Source: Bilabrum cf. latius (Eukaryota). From it: 64,000 nucleotides of DNA. The stretch's first letter is position 1. Each line of letters opens with the position of its first letter. The notes below the pieces were generated by a model that was not told the DNA's origin, made no database searches, and was given only the letters and a program-made list of their open reading frames with translations. A program made the position numbers and the translations under genes. Shown here piece after piece: positions 48,535-58,499 of the stretch. Location of the stretch: assembly GCA_965178125.1 (NCBI GenBank), contig OZ237770.1, forward strand, positions 434,001-498,000. The letters run 5' to 3'.

Positions 48535-49383
48535 TTATTTAATTAAACGCTTGAATGCCTTAATTTCGTTTTTAACGTCATTTGTGATATAAGAATGTAA
48601 TTTTTTCATAACTTCTTTTTGTATTTTACTAATATTTTTCATTTTAAAATCTGATTTCTTAAGATCCAAATGAAACATATTCTTTAATCTGACCATTAAA
48701 TCCTCCTTTATGTTGTTCATCACAAAGTTTTTAGTTGCCGTTGTATCTCGTACATTTTTAAGTGCTTCAAGTCTGGCATTAGTAAGATATAAAAAACCCA
48801 CATTGTCAGAACTTAACAAACTATTAATTTCTTCCATTTTATCGTCGTATCCTGTTCTTCGGTATATCTCACGCAATCTCTTAAGGGCTTTATAATATTT
48901 TCCTTCTTTTTCCAATTTCATGGCGTCTTCTATTAAATCTTCTGTTATTTCATCTTTAGTTTTTCCCATAATTGAATCACCAAAATCATAAATTATCGTA
49001 ACCTCTTCATAATACCCATTAGTAAATACTATTAAATCAAGTTTAACCCATTTTTTATCTTGTTTAATATACTTTGGGTTTTCTAGTTCATCAGCAAGTA
49101 ATTTGATAGCTTTTCTTTGTGTTCCTGCTTTCTTTTTACCTATTTTAAGTTCACTAACATCTATGTGATCACCAATGTCAATTAGAAAGCTGAATAGTTC
49201 ACGTAAAAGCAGTTTATATTGTTTCATTTCTAATTTCATATATAAATCGAGATCAGAAGCAAAAAATGAAATAGGGAAAGAACCATTTAATAACATATCT
49301 GCATCTTTTATTAACATAAGATCTTTAAACAATGCGGAATGGTCAGTATTAAATAGTTTGATGGTTTTATTGTTAATTTCCAT
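48535..49383 (-). CDS. Putative Pol-beta-superfamily nucleotidyltransferase-fold protein
   Basis: LNGSF...ASDLDL and later KLDL; start placed at ATG 49383, downstream of a TCTA motif. Confidence 0.5.
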   Translation of the reverse strand: MEINNKTIKLFNTDHSALFKDLMLIKDADMLLNGSFPISFFASDLDLYMKLEMKQYKLLLRELFSFLIDIGDHIDVSELKIGKKKAGTQRKAIKLLADELENPKYIKQDKKWVKLDLIVFTNGYYEEVTIIYDFGDSIMGKTKDEITEDLIEDAMKLEKEGKYYKALKRLREIYRRTGYDDKMEEINSLLSSDNVGFLYLTNARLEALKNVRDTTATKNFVMNNIKEDLMVRLKNMFHLDLKKSDFKMKNISKIQKEVMKKLHSYITNDVKNEIKAFKRLIK

Positions 49384-49431
49384 TATATAGAATAACATTA
49401 GATTAATTTTTTTCTAGTGTAAATATATTAT

Positions 49432-50826
49432 ATGTCAACTGAATTAAGAAATATACTAAGACAGCAAAATATAAGACGTCAAGAATCCAATAAAGGAGTA
49501 GAAAATAGAAATTTAAGTTTAAGGAATGAAAGACAATCTATTTTAGAAGCTTTAAAGAATCAACAAAGACAAGATGATATCGTATTAAGCACACAATTTC
49601 AACCCCTAGAGCTAAGAAGAAGAGAAAAAAGAATGGATGGTATTCTAAGAAATTTAGTTACTGAATTGGTTGATGGTCTAAATAAAGACGATGATACTAA
49701 AATTAAGGTAAATTTAGAAAGAATGAAGGAAATAATAGTAAAGGAAAACCCAAGCATATCAATGTTAGGGCAATTGGGAAAATTTTTAGATCAATATCAA
49801 AATAAAATAGATTTATTGGGATTGTCTAAATCTAAAAAAACATCACTTAAAAGAACTGCACAGGAAACGGAAAACCTCGCAATATCTAGTTTGACAAGTG
49901 ATGAAGATTTTAAAAAAATGATTAAAAGCCTAGACACACCTAATATTGATAAATTTTCAAATGATGATCTCGAGGTGTTTAGAGATTTATTTAATTTAGA
50001 TCCTGCAATAAATAAAACAGATTTAAAAAACCTTATAAAAACAATCTTGGGTGATGATGTGTCTAAATATCTAGAGGGCGAGGTTCAAATTGATCGTGAG
50101 ATAGTCAGTGCAACAAGAAATTTAAGAAATGTATTAGAACAATTTACCAAAGAACAGTTATTAGAACAATACTTTAATGAAGATGCAGTAGAAACATTTA
50201 AAGCAGATTATAAGGAAGATTATATAAAACAAGCACTAAAAAGTAAAAAAGGCATGATTGATTTTCTTGTTAGAGAATTTTATAATATTAATGAAATTGG
50301 AGAACCTCCAATTTTAGAAAATATAGACGACATTGATTCACTTCCAACGGGTGAATTTATGACAATGAAAAAGGTGTTTAATGATTTCCTGTCTATGTTA
50401 ATGACTGATGAAGCCCTAGAAGAGAAAGGATTATCAAGACAAACAGTGTCACGCATGACAAAAAAAAGATTTAAGGATCTATACGAAGAATATGTAGAAA
50501 AGTCACCTATTAAACGATTATATAATGTTCTTCTTTCCGTTGAGAATGATACTGTAACGAAAGAAGCACGAGAAACATTAGAAGCTATCAAGGAAGAAGC
50601 TCGAAAATTAAGAGAAGCACAGGATGCCCTTACAAAGAGAGTTGCAATAAGAAAAATAACGGAGGCACTGGAAAATTATGGATTAACTAAAAGAGAAGCA
50701 AGAAGAAGAAGAAGAATGGAAGAACTAGAAGATGAAGATGAACGAAGAGAAGATGAAGAAGGTGATTCTACAGATGATGAAGAATCTGACGGAATCGCTG
50801 TTGGTTTCGATAATGTTGATGAATAA
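49432..50826 (+). CDS. Helical/coiled-coil hypothetical protein with acidic tail
   Basis: 464-aa ORF with TCTA motif. Confidence 0.7.
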   Translation: MSTELRNILRQQNIRRQESNKGVENRNLSLRNERQSILEALKNQQRQDDIVLSTQFQPLELRRREKRMDGILRNLVTELVDGLNKDDDTKIKVNLERMKEIIVKENPSISMLGQLGKFLDQYQNKIDLLGLSKSKKTSLKRTAQETENLAISSLTSDEDFKKMIKSLDTPNIDKFSNDDLEVFRDLFNLDPAINKTDLKNLIKTILGDDVSKYLEGEVQIDREIVSATRNLRNVLEQFTKEQLLEQYFNEDAVETFKADYKEDYIKQALKSKKGMIDFLVREFYNINEIGEPPILENIDDIDSLPTGEFMTMKKVFNDFLSMLMTDEALEEKGLSRQTVSRMTKKRFKDLYEEYVEKSPIKRLYNVLLSVENDTVTKEARETLEAIKEEARKLREAQDALTKRVAIRKITEALENYGLTKREARRRRRMEELEDEDERREDEEGDSTDDEESDGIAVGFDNVDE

Positions 50827-50897
50827 AATTAAAAATATAATTGTAAAATAATATATTAAATTAAAGTTAGAATAAATTTCTAATCTTAATTTATAAA

Positions 50898-52946
50898 ATG
50901 AGTATATCTAATTTACTATCAAATAATAATTTGGATCTTAGAGCTAGTCGTGTCATTGTTTCAAATACAAGAATAACAGAAAATACCCAACTAGCAACGA
51001 AGGAATATGTCGACGCAGCTATAGCAGGGGATGGTGCAAATATCGATCAAGTTTTGACCATTGGAGACAATGCAAACGGTCGTAACATTCAAAATGTTGG
51101 AACTATTGGAACTACTGGAAATGCAAATATTGGAGGTAATGTAAATGCCAATGCTTTAACTTTAGAAGGTTTTAGTTCTGCACATGACAGCGGATGGGGT
51201 ACAACCATGACAATCCCAGAAGGTGCATTATTGATTGAAGGAGGAGACCCAACAGCTAACTGGAAACCTGCTATGGGTGTTTATTCCGATGAAAGAAATG
51301 GAGAAAGAAATATATATTTTTGGACAGGTAATAAGTCAGGAAATCAAAGAACTACAGGATGGGAAAATTACAATTTATATTTAGGTTCAACTGTTGACTC
51401 AAAAGTACAAATAAATGTAGATGACACTACAGATTCAAGTGATCACACAAATGGTTCTATTGTTTCCGCTGGTGGTGTTGGTATTGCCAAAAATTTAAAT
51501 GTTAATGGTGATATTAGTACAAATGGTAGTGTACATGTAAATGATATTCAGACAATTTTACCAAATAAGGTTTTAAATTTGAACACCAATAATCCCAACA
51601 CAAACGAAGGTATATGGATAACTGGATATAATCAAAATGGGGCGATGTTTGGGGGTGGTTGCTTTCCTGCAGGACCTAGACAAACAGATTATACACATAT
51701 TGGATATAATATAAAGTATGATTTATCAAATCAAGTATTTGACCCAACGACGCCCAACACTAATTCAAGAAATGGCATGTATATGTCCGTTGGATATGAA
51801 GGATTCAGTGTTACAAAAATCCCAAATACTAATATTTCAGGTGACCCTAATAAAGAATTATTTAGGGTTGATGTGGGGTTAAATGATTCAGCACCAGAAA
51901 CAATTATTTCGAAAGTAGATCATTCATTTGAACAAAACGCAGACGTTAAAGGTGATTTGTCCGTAACTGGATCATCTTCATTATCCAACGTGTCCGTTTC
52001 TGGAACTCATGGAGTCACTGGAACATCCACACTAGGAGCATTAGAAGTTAACGGATTAGTTAATTTTAATAATACAGATAATGAAAGCGTTGTATTTGAC
52101 GGAGGAGTTAGAATAAATAAAAGTATCATTGTTAATCAAAACTTTTTAGTTCAAGGGGACGGCAATTTTACAGGTAATGTTGCTATGGGTTCTAATCTTG
52201 CAGTCACTGGAACTTTAAACGTCACAGATGCAACAACATTAAACGATTTAGATATGAATAATACTAAAATTACAAATTTGGCAACTCCTACATTGTCAAC
52301 TGATGCAGTAACTAAAGCTTATGTGGATAATTTACCATCAACACAATCTAATTTATCTTCAGTGTTAACAACTGGTAATGATGCTAATAATAATTCTATC
52401 ATTGGATTAGAGAGTATTACATTTGGTAATACTAATGTAGACGCTAAAATTCAAACTTCAGAAATACTAATTAATGGATCATATCATACTAAATATGATA
52501 CACAAGATGGAAAAGAAACAAGTAACTCTATATTTCCAAGACGGGGACTAAGAAATCAAGAAATTATCGATCCTAATACTAACACGTTCACAATTCAACC
52601 TGGAATAAAAGATACTTTTAGATACATAGGAGTTATGACAAGAACTAATCTATTAGAAATAACAATTAAACTGGCAGTATTTAAAAGTACAAATAATGAT
52701 CCAGCGGTAGTTCATAGAATACTAATAGAGAATTCACCATTAGTATCTATTCGCTATGAAACAAGTAATGTATCGAATGGGAATTCAATTGCGACAACCG
52801 CAGGGATTTACGAATTTAACAGACAGACAAATACAACAACAATAATGAATACCCCAGTTAATCGTAATTATAATTTACAAACTATGGAAATAGAATTATG
52901 GTCAACAGGTAATGTTAATGGTGCTTGGTGTTCTAGAATACAATAA
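50898..52946 (+). CDS. Putative capsid fiber / receptor-binding protein
   Basis: G/N/T-rich beta repeats; duplicated TKxYVD...VLTxGxxAN modules. Confidence 0.65.
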   Translation: MSISNLLSNNNLDLRASRVIVSNTRITENTQLATKEYVDAAIAGDGANIDQVLTIGDNANGRNIQNVGTIGTTGNANIGGNVNANALTLEGFSSAHDSGWGTTMTIPEGALLIEGGDPTANWKPAMGVYSDERNGERNIYFWTGNKSGNQRTTGWENYNLYLGSTVDSKVQINVDDTTDSSDHTNGSIVSAGGVGIAKNLNVNGDISTNGSVHVNDIQTILPNKVLNLNTNNPNTNEGIWITGYNQNGAMFGGGCFPAGPRQTDYTHIGYNIKYDLSNQVFDPTTPNTNSRNGMYMSVGYEGFSVTKIPNTNISGDPNKELFRVDVGLNDSAPETIISKVDHSFEQNADVKGDLSVTGSSSLSNVSVSGTHGVTGTSTLGALEVNGLVNFNNTDNESVVFDGGVRINKSIIVNQNFLVQGDGNFTGNVAMGSNLAVTGTLNVTDATTLNDLDMNNTKITNLATPTLSTDAVTKAYVDNLPSTQSNLSSVLTTGNDANNNSIIGLESITFGNTNVDAKIQTSEILINGSYHTKYDTQDGKETSNSIFPRRGLRNQEIIDPNTNTFTIQPGIKDTFRYIGVMTRTNLLEITIKLAVFKSTNNDPAVVHRILIENSPLVSIRYETSNVSNGNSIATTAGIYEFNRQTNTTTIMNTPVNRNYNLQTMEIELWSTGNVNGAWCSRIQ

Positions 52947-52977
52947 ATATAAATTTTTTTTCTAATAATATAGTATT

Positions 52978-53550
52978 ATGAGTATAAGCAATTTATTAAC
53001 TTCAAATAACCTAGACTTAAAAGCTAATTCTATTGATGCAATAGATGTTAAAAAGAAAGGTCAAGCTTTGACATTTAATGGATATCACTTTGTCCAAAAT
53101 AGAGGAAATGGAACTACTCCTATAACTTTAAATGCTCCAGGAAATATTTTCGATGGATCAACTTTTACCGTTGCAGATACGGCATTATCTATCATGGGTG
53201 GAACGTACAATATGCCAATAGACAACACTTATAATTGTATCATTAAATGTAATATGTCATTTATTAATACGAATACTTCAGCTGTCAGATCTGCAGGTAT
53301 TGCCTTTCAATTTCAGAATGCCTCAGATGATACATGGGATATTAACCCTTCTAATTGTCCCGTGATGTGGCATGTTATAAATCCTGAATCTGCCCAAACA
53401 ATACAATTAGTACATTCATTAGATTCAGATCATGGATATAAAGCAGTACGTTTAATGTTTGCTGGTGAGAATTCAATTGATATTGATTATAGCTCAAATA
53501 ATCCAACTAGAATATGTTATTGCACTTTAGAACGTTTCTATAGTTTGTAA
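52978..53550 (+). CDS. Putative short fiber/spike protein
   Basis: Shares N-terminal MSISNLLxxNNLDLxA with the upstream protein. Confidence 0.55.
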   Translation: MSISNLLTSNNLDLKANSIDAIDVKKKGQALTFNGYHFVQNRGNGTTPITLNAPGNIFDGSTFTVADTALSIMGGTYNMPIDNTYNCIIKCNMSFINTNTSAVRSAGIAFQFQNASDDTWDINPSNCPVMWHVINPESAQTIQLVHSLDSDHGYKAVRLMFAGENSIDIDYSSNNPTRICYCTLERFYSL

Positions 53551-53610
53551 TTAAATATTAGTTATAGATAGAACAATAAATTAATATTTTTTTTCTAATA
53601 TTAATTTATT

Positions 53611-54279
53611 ATGAAATATACAGTTAACGAATATTTGGACCTTATAGGTTCTGGAAAACCTAAACGTAAAAACTCTAAGGGAAAACAAACCAATGAACAT
53701 AAAGAACATGTACAAGCTGTAATGGAACTTTTCGGAATGGGTAAATCTCAAGCTGATAAATTATGTTATGAATGCGAAGAGAATGCAAGAGTAAAAGGTG
53801 GCTCATTTTGGAAAAACTTGCGTAGGGGTCTTTCCAGAGTTGGTAATACCGTAAAACGTGGAGTTTCTAAAGTTGGCGATGCAGTAAAAAGGGGCGTAAG
53901 AGATCTTAAAAATATGGATACTGATGATGTTCTTTATTCTTTGGGTAAAGTAGCAACGAGTCAGATACCATACGTAGGAGCTTATGCTACGGAAGGCTTA
54001 GATGCATTACAACATCACAGAAAATACAATGCTAAAAAGGCAAGTAAAAACGCTTTAATTGATGTTGGTACTTCCTTTTTACCTCCAGGTGTTAGACAAG
54101 TTAGTAATTTTGCATTAAAGAAAGCCACGAAAGGTATGGGCAAAAAAGCTACAGGAGGTAAGAAACGTAAGGTATCACAAAAGATGAAAGAACGTGGAGC
54201 TATGATAAAAAAGATTATGAAAAATACTGGAATGAAACTAGGAGAAGCATCTAAATTTTTAAAGGAGCAAGGATATTAA
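53611..54279 (+). CDS. Basic putative virion core protein with diglycine sites
   Basis: K/R-rich; VKGG followed by an amphipathic segment; TCTA motif. Confidence 0.55.
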   Translation: MKYTVNEYLDLIGSGKPKRKNSKGKQTNEHKEHVQAVMELFGMGKSQADKLCYECEENARVKGGSFWKNLRRGLSRVGNTVKRGVSKVGDAVKRGVRDLKNMDTDDVLYSLGKVATSQIPYVGAYATEGLDALQHHRKYNAKKASKNALIDVGTSFLPPGVRQVSNFALKKATKGMGKKATGGKKRKVSQKMKERGAMIKKIMKNTGMKLGEASKFLKEQGY

Positions 54280-54337
54280 ATAAATACGAATGAATTTTAT
54301 TCTATTTTTATTAAAGAATAGATTAAAACTATTTGGA

Positions 54338-54619
54338 TCAATTCAAAACATCAGTTTTATAAACTGGAATAACTCCATATTTTTCTTTATATTTTGTTTC
54401 AAGATTATTTAGTCTTTTTTCTAAATTGACCCTTGCATATCTTAGATTATCTTGTAATCGGTTATGATGTCCCATGGAATCAGAAGGTAGATACATAAAT
54501 TTTAAACCACCACGTATGAAATCACTTAGATCATTTAATTCGTTATGTATATTTTTTAATTTTAATATTAGTCTTCGTGCTCTTTGAATTTTTCCGTCTA
54601 AACATTTTCTATGGTTCAT
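54338..54619 (-). CDS. Hypothetical protein
   Basis: 93-aa ORF filling the intergenic space. Confidence 0.5.
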   Translation of the reverse strand: MNHRKCLDGKIQRARRLILKLKNIHNELNDLSDFIRGGLKFMYLPSDSMGHHNRLQDNLRYARVNLEKRLNNLETKYKEKYGVIPVYKTDVLN

Positions 54620-54629
54620 ATATATTCAT

Positions 54630-54941
54630 ATGGATATTAAATTATTAAATATTAAACCATCTACAAGAAAGAATAAAAGATTAATGGCAACATTTAAATT
54701 AACTAAAAAAGGTTATGAACCAAAACAATATATTGTGCATTTTGGGGCTAGAAATGGAAAAACATACATAGACCATCAAGATAATAAAAAAAAAGTCAAC
54801 TGGCTAAAAAGACACAAATACTATATAGAAAAAGCTGATTATGTCCCTTGGTCTGCTCCTGTGTTAAGCTGGAGAATATTATGGTCAAAGGACAATTTAA
54901 AGGATGCAATAGATAATTATAGAAAGACTTATAATTTATGA
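54630..54941 (+). CDS. Tlr6F-like small protein of virophages/Polinton-like viruses
   Basis: STRKNK...VHFG...YIDH.D..KK..W..RH...LSWRILW pattern. Confidence 0.7.
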   Translation: MDIKLLNIKPSTRKNKRLMATFKLTKKGYEPKQYIVHFGARNGKTYIDHQDNKKKVNWLKRHKYYIEKADYVPWSAPVLSWRILWSKDNLKDAIDNYRKTYNL

Positions 54942-54971
54942 GAAACAAACTTTAAGAAAAATCTTATTGAA

Positions 54972-55592
54972 ATGTATATGTCAATGTTGAGTGATCTCCT
55001 CGATAAAAACACAAAAGATAGACAACAGGATCAAATATTTGTAGAATGTTATATAGGTTCAAAAATTACCCCACTATTAAGACTTCGTAAGTTTTTAATG
55101 GAACGTTATCCTCCTGAATTCTTTAAAAATGGAATTATTAAAAAAGACTTATTAAATTTACATAACACAATAAATCGTATCAAGAAAGAGAGAACCGAAT
55201 TATTATCAATCATATATGAAAAATATAATAAACTAACCAAAAATGAAAAAAGGAAATTAAGATGTCAAATGCCACTAGATTATAAAAAAATATTCAAAAA
55301 TGAACCAATACTCGTAAATCGAAAGTTTACAAGTTTTAGAAAACCATTAATTGATTATATTCAAGAATATGTAAATATGGATTTTATAATGAGACTTGAA
55401 GACGATATCGATGAATATCTATGGGGAAAACCCCTTGATGAGGTTATTGACCATTTAAATGAGAAATCTAATAAACATCTAGAAAAGTTATATTTATGGC
55501 AACTGAATAAAAAAGAGATAACGGACTTTATGAAAGTTGAAATAGAATTTAGAAGAATGCAAGAAGAAATTTATATAACCACTCATTTATAA
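54972..55592 (+). CDS. Hypothetical protein
   Basis: 206-aa ORF. Confidence 0.6.
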   Translation: MYMSMLSDLLDKNTKDRQQDQIFVECYIGSKITPLLRLRKFLMERYPPEFFKNGIIKKDLLNLHNTINRIKKERTELLSIIYEKYNKLTKNEKRKLRCQMPLDYKKIFKNEPILVNRKFTSFRKPLIDYIQEYVNMDFIMRLEDDIDEYLWGKPLDEVIDHLNEKSNKHLEKLYLWQLNKKEITDFMKVEIEFRRMQEEIYITTHL

Positions 55593-56300
55593 ATCCGTAA
55601 AGTTCTTTAAAGCATGTACATTAAAATAATTATTCTTTTTATGAGGGCTGGTATAAAATGTCACTTGATCAGGATTCATAAATTGGGCTAAATTATGACT
55701 TACAGGGTCGCCATCTACAACATGATATTTAATATTACCAATGTTAAATTTAGGGTCTCTTATCATTTCAAAATTTAAAGCTGGATTAAATGAATGTCCT
55801 TTAATTTCTTTACCGTATTTTTTAGTAAGATATGCAACCATCCCAGAACCCAGTGAGTGAGAAGCAAAAGAAATATTATGATCTGGAAAAGCTTGTTTGA
55901 CAGCTTCATAAATATCAACTAGATCTTTAAAGTTTTCACTTTTATCTAGTGTGCCTTGTGCTATCTTTAAATCATCCATAACGTCCGATCCGTCAACTGT
56001 ACCCCTAACTCCAATAATGATATTTTTATTTTTAATATAAATTTTTCTTCTATCATCTTTAAAGATTACACGATAACCGTCTATTATATCCCTTTGTTTA
56101 GTCTTTGGGTATGTTTGACGTGCAATTTTAGCGTGTAATTTAGCTTCCTTACTTAATTGCTGTAGTTTCTTATTTCTTCTTGTTAAAAATCTATAAGTTC
56201 CCACGGGTACATCTTTAATAAATTCCCAGACATTCCCGCCCTTTACTCGTTTTTTTAAAATTTGTATAATTTCTTTTTTTGTCAATTTATTTTTTGGCAT
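55587..56300 (-). CDS. Alpha/beta hydrolase (class 3 lipase-like)
   Basis: GVRGT, SHSLG nucleophile elbow, FNP, GDPVS, C-terminal His. Confidence 0.85.
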   Translation of the reverse strand: MPKNKLTKKEIIQILKKRVKGGNVWEFIKDVPVGTYRFLTRRNKKLQQLSKEAKLHAKIARQTYPKTKQRDIIDGYRVIFKDDRRKIYIKNKNIIIGVRGTVDGSDVMDDLKIAQGTLDKSENFKDLVDIYEAVKQAFPDHNISFASHSLGSGMVAYLTKKYGKEIKGHSFNPALNFEMIRDPKFNIGNIKYHVVDGDPVSHNLAQFMNPDQVTFYTSPHKKNNYFNVHALKNFTDL

Positions 56301-56346
56301 ATATAAGTTAACATAATAAAAAAAAATATCTAATGTTATATATATA

Positions 56347-56973
56347 ATGGCTTTAGAAATAGCTATTTCATCAGTAAGCGGAGCTTCGGCTCTAGTAGCA
56401 TTAGGCTATTATGGGGTGTCCTGCATGGGCAAGGTAAAAAAAGCATTTGACATTAAGAAGGCATGTCTTGTAATTCCCAAGGGATGCGGAAAGACTACAT
56501 TGTGTAAGAAATTTGAAGGAAATGACACGAATCTTTTAGTCGTAGACCTTGACGAATTGGTATCAAAGCATCCAGATACGGACAAATCTTTTTTAGAAGG
56601 ATTAGAAAAAGCTAGGGAGTCAGGCGATGACTCAACATATAGGGTATTATATCAAGAACTGGCAAAGAAAGTATACGAATCATTAAAAAAATCATGGTTA
56701 ACAAAAAAAGAAAAAAGAATGTTGTGTTTGACTGGATCATTAGAACTAGCCCAAGAATTATTTAAAAAAACTAGTATTTTCGTTGCCTCACCATCAAATA
56801 AATTATTTAAGGATCTTGTATATGAAGCAACAAATGAAGTACAAGAAGTAATGAGAAGAGAAAGAACAAATTTAATATCCGAACTGCAACCCTCTCAAAT
56901 ATATGTTTATGACACATTCGAAGAGTTAAATGCAAAATTACAGCTCCAATTTAAAATTAAGCATCACCTTTAA
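56347..56973 (+). CDS. P-loop NTPase/kinase-like protein with hydrophobic N-terminus
   Basis: IPKGCGKTT and VVDLDE; last 85 nt lie inside the right TIR. Confidence 0.65.
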   Translation: MALEIAISSVSGASALVALGYYGVSCMGKVKKAFDIKKACLVIPKGCGKTTLCKKFEGNDTNLLVVDLDELVSKHPDTDKSFLEGLEKARESGDDSTYRVLYQELAKKVYESLKKSWLTKKEKRMLCLTGSLELAQELFKKTSIFVASPSNKLFKDLVYEATNEVQEVMRRERTNLISELQPSQIYVYDTFEELNAKLQLQFKIKHHL

Positions 56974-57855
56974 TAAATTGTAATTTTTTGATGACAAAAC
57001 CGATGACAAAATTAATATTCTGAACTCTACAGAAAATATGATTTTAAAAATAAAAATTTCCTGAGACCTCGAAAATCACGTTTTGTCACCGCTTTTGTCA
57101 CCCTTCTAAAAAAAAGTATAATAGGCAAGTATTCTGAAAATATTATTATATTCCATTAATATATTAATATTTAATATTATTAGTTATCTGTATTACTTTT
57201 TCAATTGGTGACAGAATTTAAAAAAAATATTTTATTGTCTTTCTCAGTAAATTAATTAAAATAAATTATTATAATATTATTTCTAACTTTTATTACTATA
57301 TCACTTTTAAGCGAACGAAGAGAGCGACCCAATGCATGAACTCAAATTATAGAGCCATAAATAAAGCAATAAAATATTTTAATGATTAACCCCTTAAAAA
57401 TTCCCATAATAAAATAAATATGCTTTTTCCATTTCTTAAAAACGAAAACAAAAAAATAAATTTATTTTCTGCTTTCTGGCGAACTTTTTTTAAAATGTGA
57501 GCCATCCGCCAAATTGTACAAATTATAGAAATATAATAAATATTATTTGATGATCCATTTATAAATTAAATTCTTCGAATTTAATTATTTTCATTCTATC
57601 GAATAAAAATAAATTTTGATAAAAATCAATAAATTGATTTAATCTTAATCCGCGAAAATATTATAAAAAAATAAAAAGTATAGCATGTAACGAATTATAA
57701 TTATTCAATATATTACAACAAAATTATTATTTTATAAAAAATTTAATTATACAAAAAAATATAAATAAATAAAAAAAAAGTGAATATATGGACACATTAA
57801 AAAAGTGAAGCATGCGTGACGTAGTCCGAAAATAAAATAGGAATATAATGACATT
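56889..57855 (-). repeat. Right terminal inverted repeat
   Basis: Reverse complement of 30274-31246. Confidence 0.95.
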
Positions 57856-57862
57856 CAACCAC

Positions 57863-58499
57863 CTCGGTGGATGAAGCCGACCCCGACTCCACGGTCACCT
57901 GCAGCGCTGGCTCCGGGTCGGGCACCCTGGCCTCGGCCGATCGCCTGCTGCAGACCGAGGTGCGAGTGGTGGGTCTTGCACCCGAGCAGATCAGCTGCAT
58001 GGACGTGCAGCAGCTAGTGGACGAGCTGGCGCAGGCCGCAGGGGTGGACGCGGCTGACATCGTGCTGTGGCTGCAGGACCTGAGCGGGACCCAGAGCTCC
58101 ACCGAGACGGCCGTGGTGATCCAGGTGCCTGCCGACTCCCACGAGGCGGCGCAGGTGGCGCTGGGCGCGATCACGGCCGTGCTGCAGAGCGAGCGTTCCC
58201 TGGCCCCGCTGCTGGCAGGAGCCCCTGTGGCCGGTGAGGAGGGCCAGGCGCTTGCGGTGTGGGCGGGTGCGAACGATCAGACGGCCACCTTCTCGGCGAC
58301 CAACCCCTACTCCGAGGGCCGGACCACCCGCGGGGATGGTGACGACGAGGACGTGGCGCCTGCCGGGGTGGCCATCTTCGCGCTGGGGGGGCTGGCCATG
58401 GTGGCCGTAGCCGCCTTCGCATACTTCGCGTGCTACAGTGGAAGGACGGAAGCTCCGGCCAAGACTAGCAACAAGGAGGCCGTGGCTGAGGAAGTATGA
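57863..58499 (+). CDS. 3' part of the interrupted host membrane protein (TM helix, short tail)
   Basis: Joins in frame to 29033-30243 once the element and one TSD are removed (RATT-SVDEAD); TM segment GVAIFALGGLAMVAVAAFAYFAC; ends TGA. Confidence 0.8.

Larger units (their letters stand above)
30244..57857. mobile_element. Endogenous mavirus-like virophage (EMALE-like), full length
   Basis: Sharp GC-to-AT switch, long TIRs, TG...CA ends, TSD ACCAC at 30239-30243 and 57858-57862, genes for MCP, penton, ATPase, protease and rve integrase. Confidence 0.95.

Noticed and set aside
30244-57857. Assembly chimera or contaminant contig
   Set aside because: TSD on both sides and in-frame restoration of the host gene indicate a true integration
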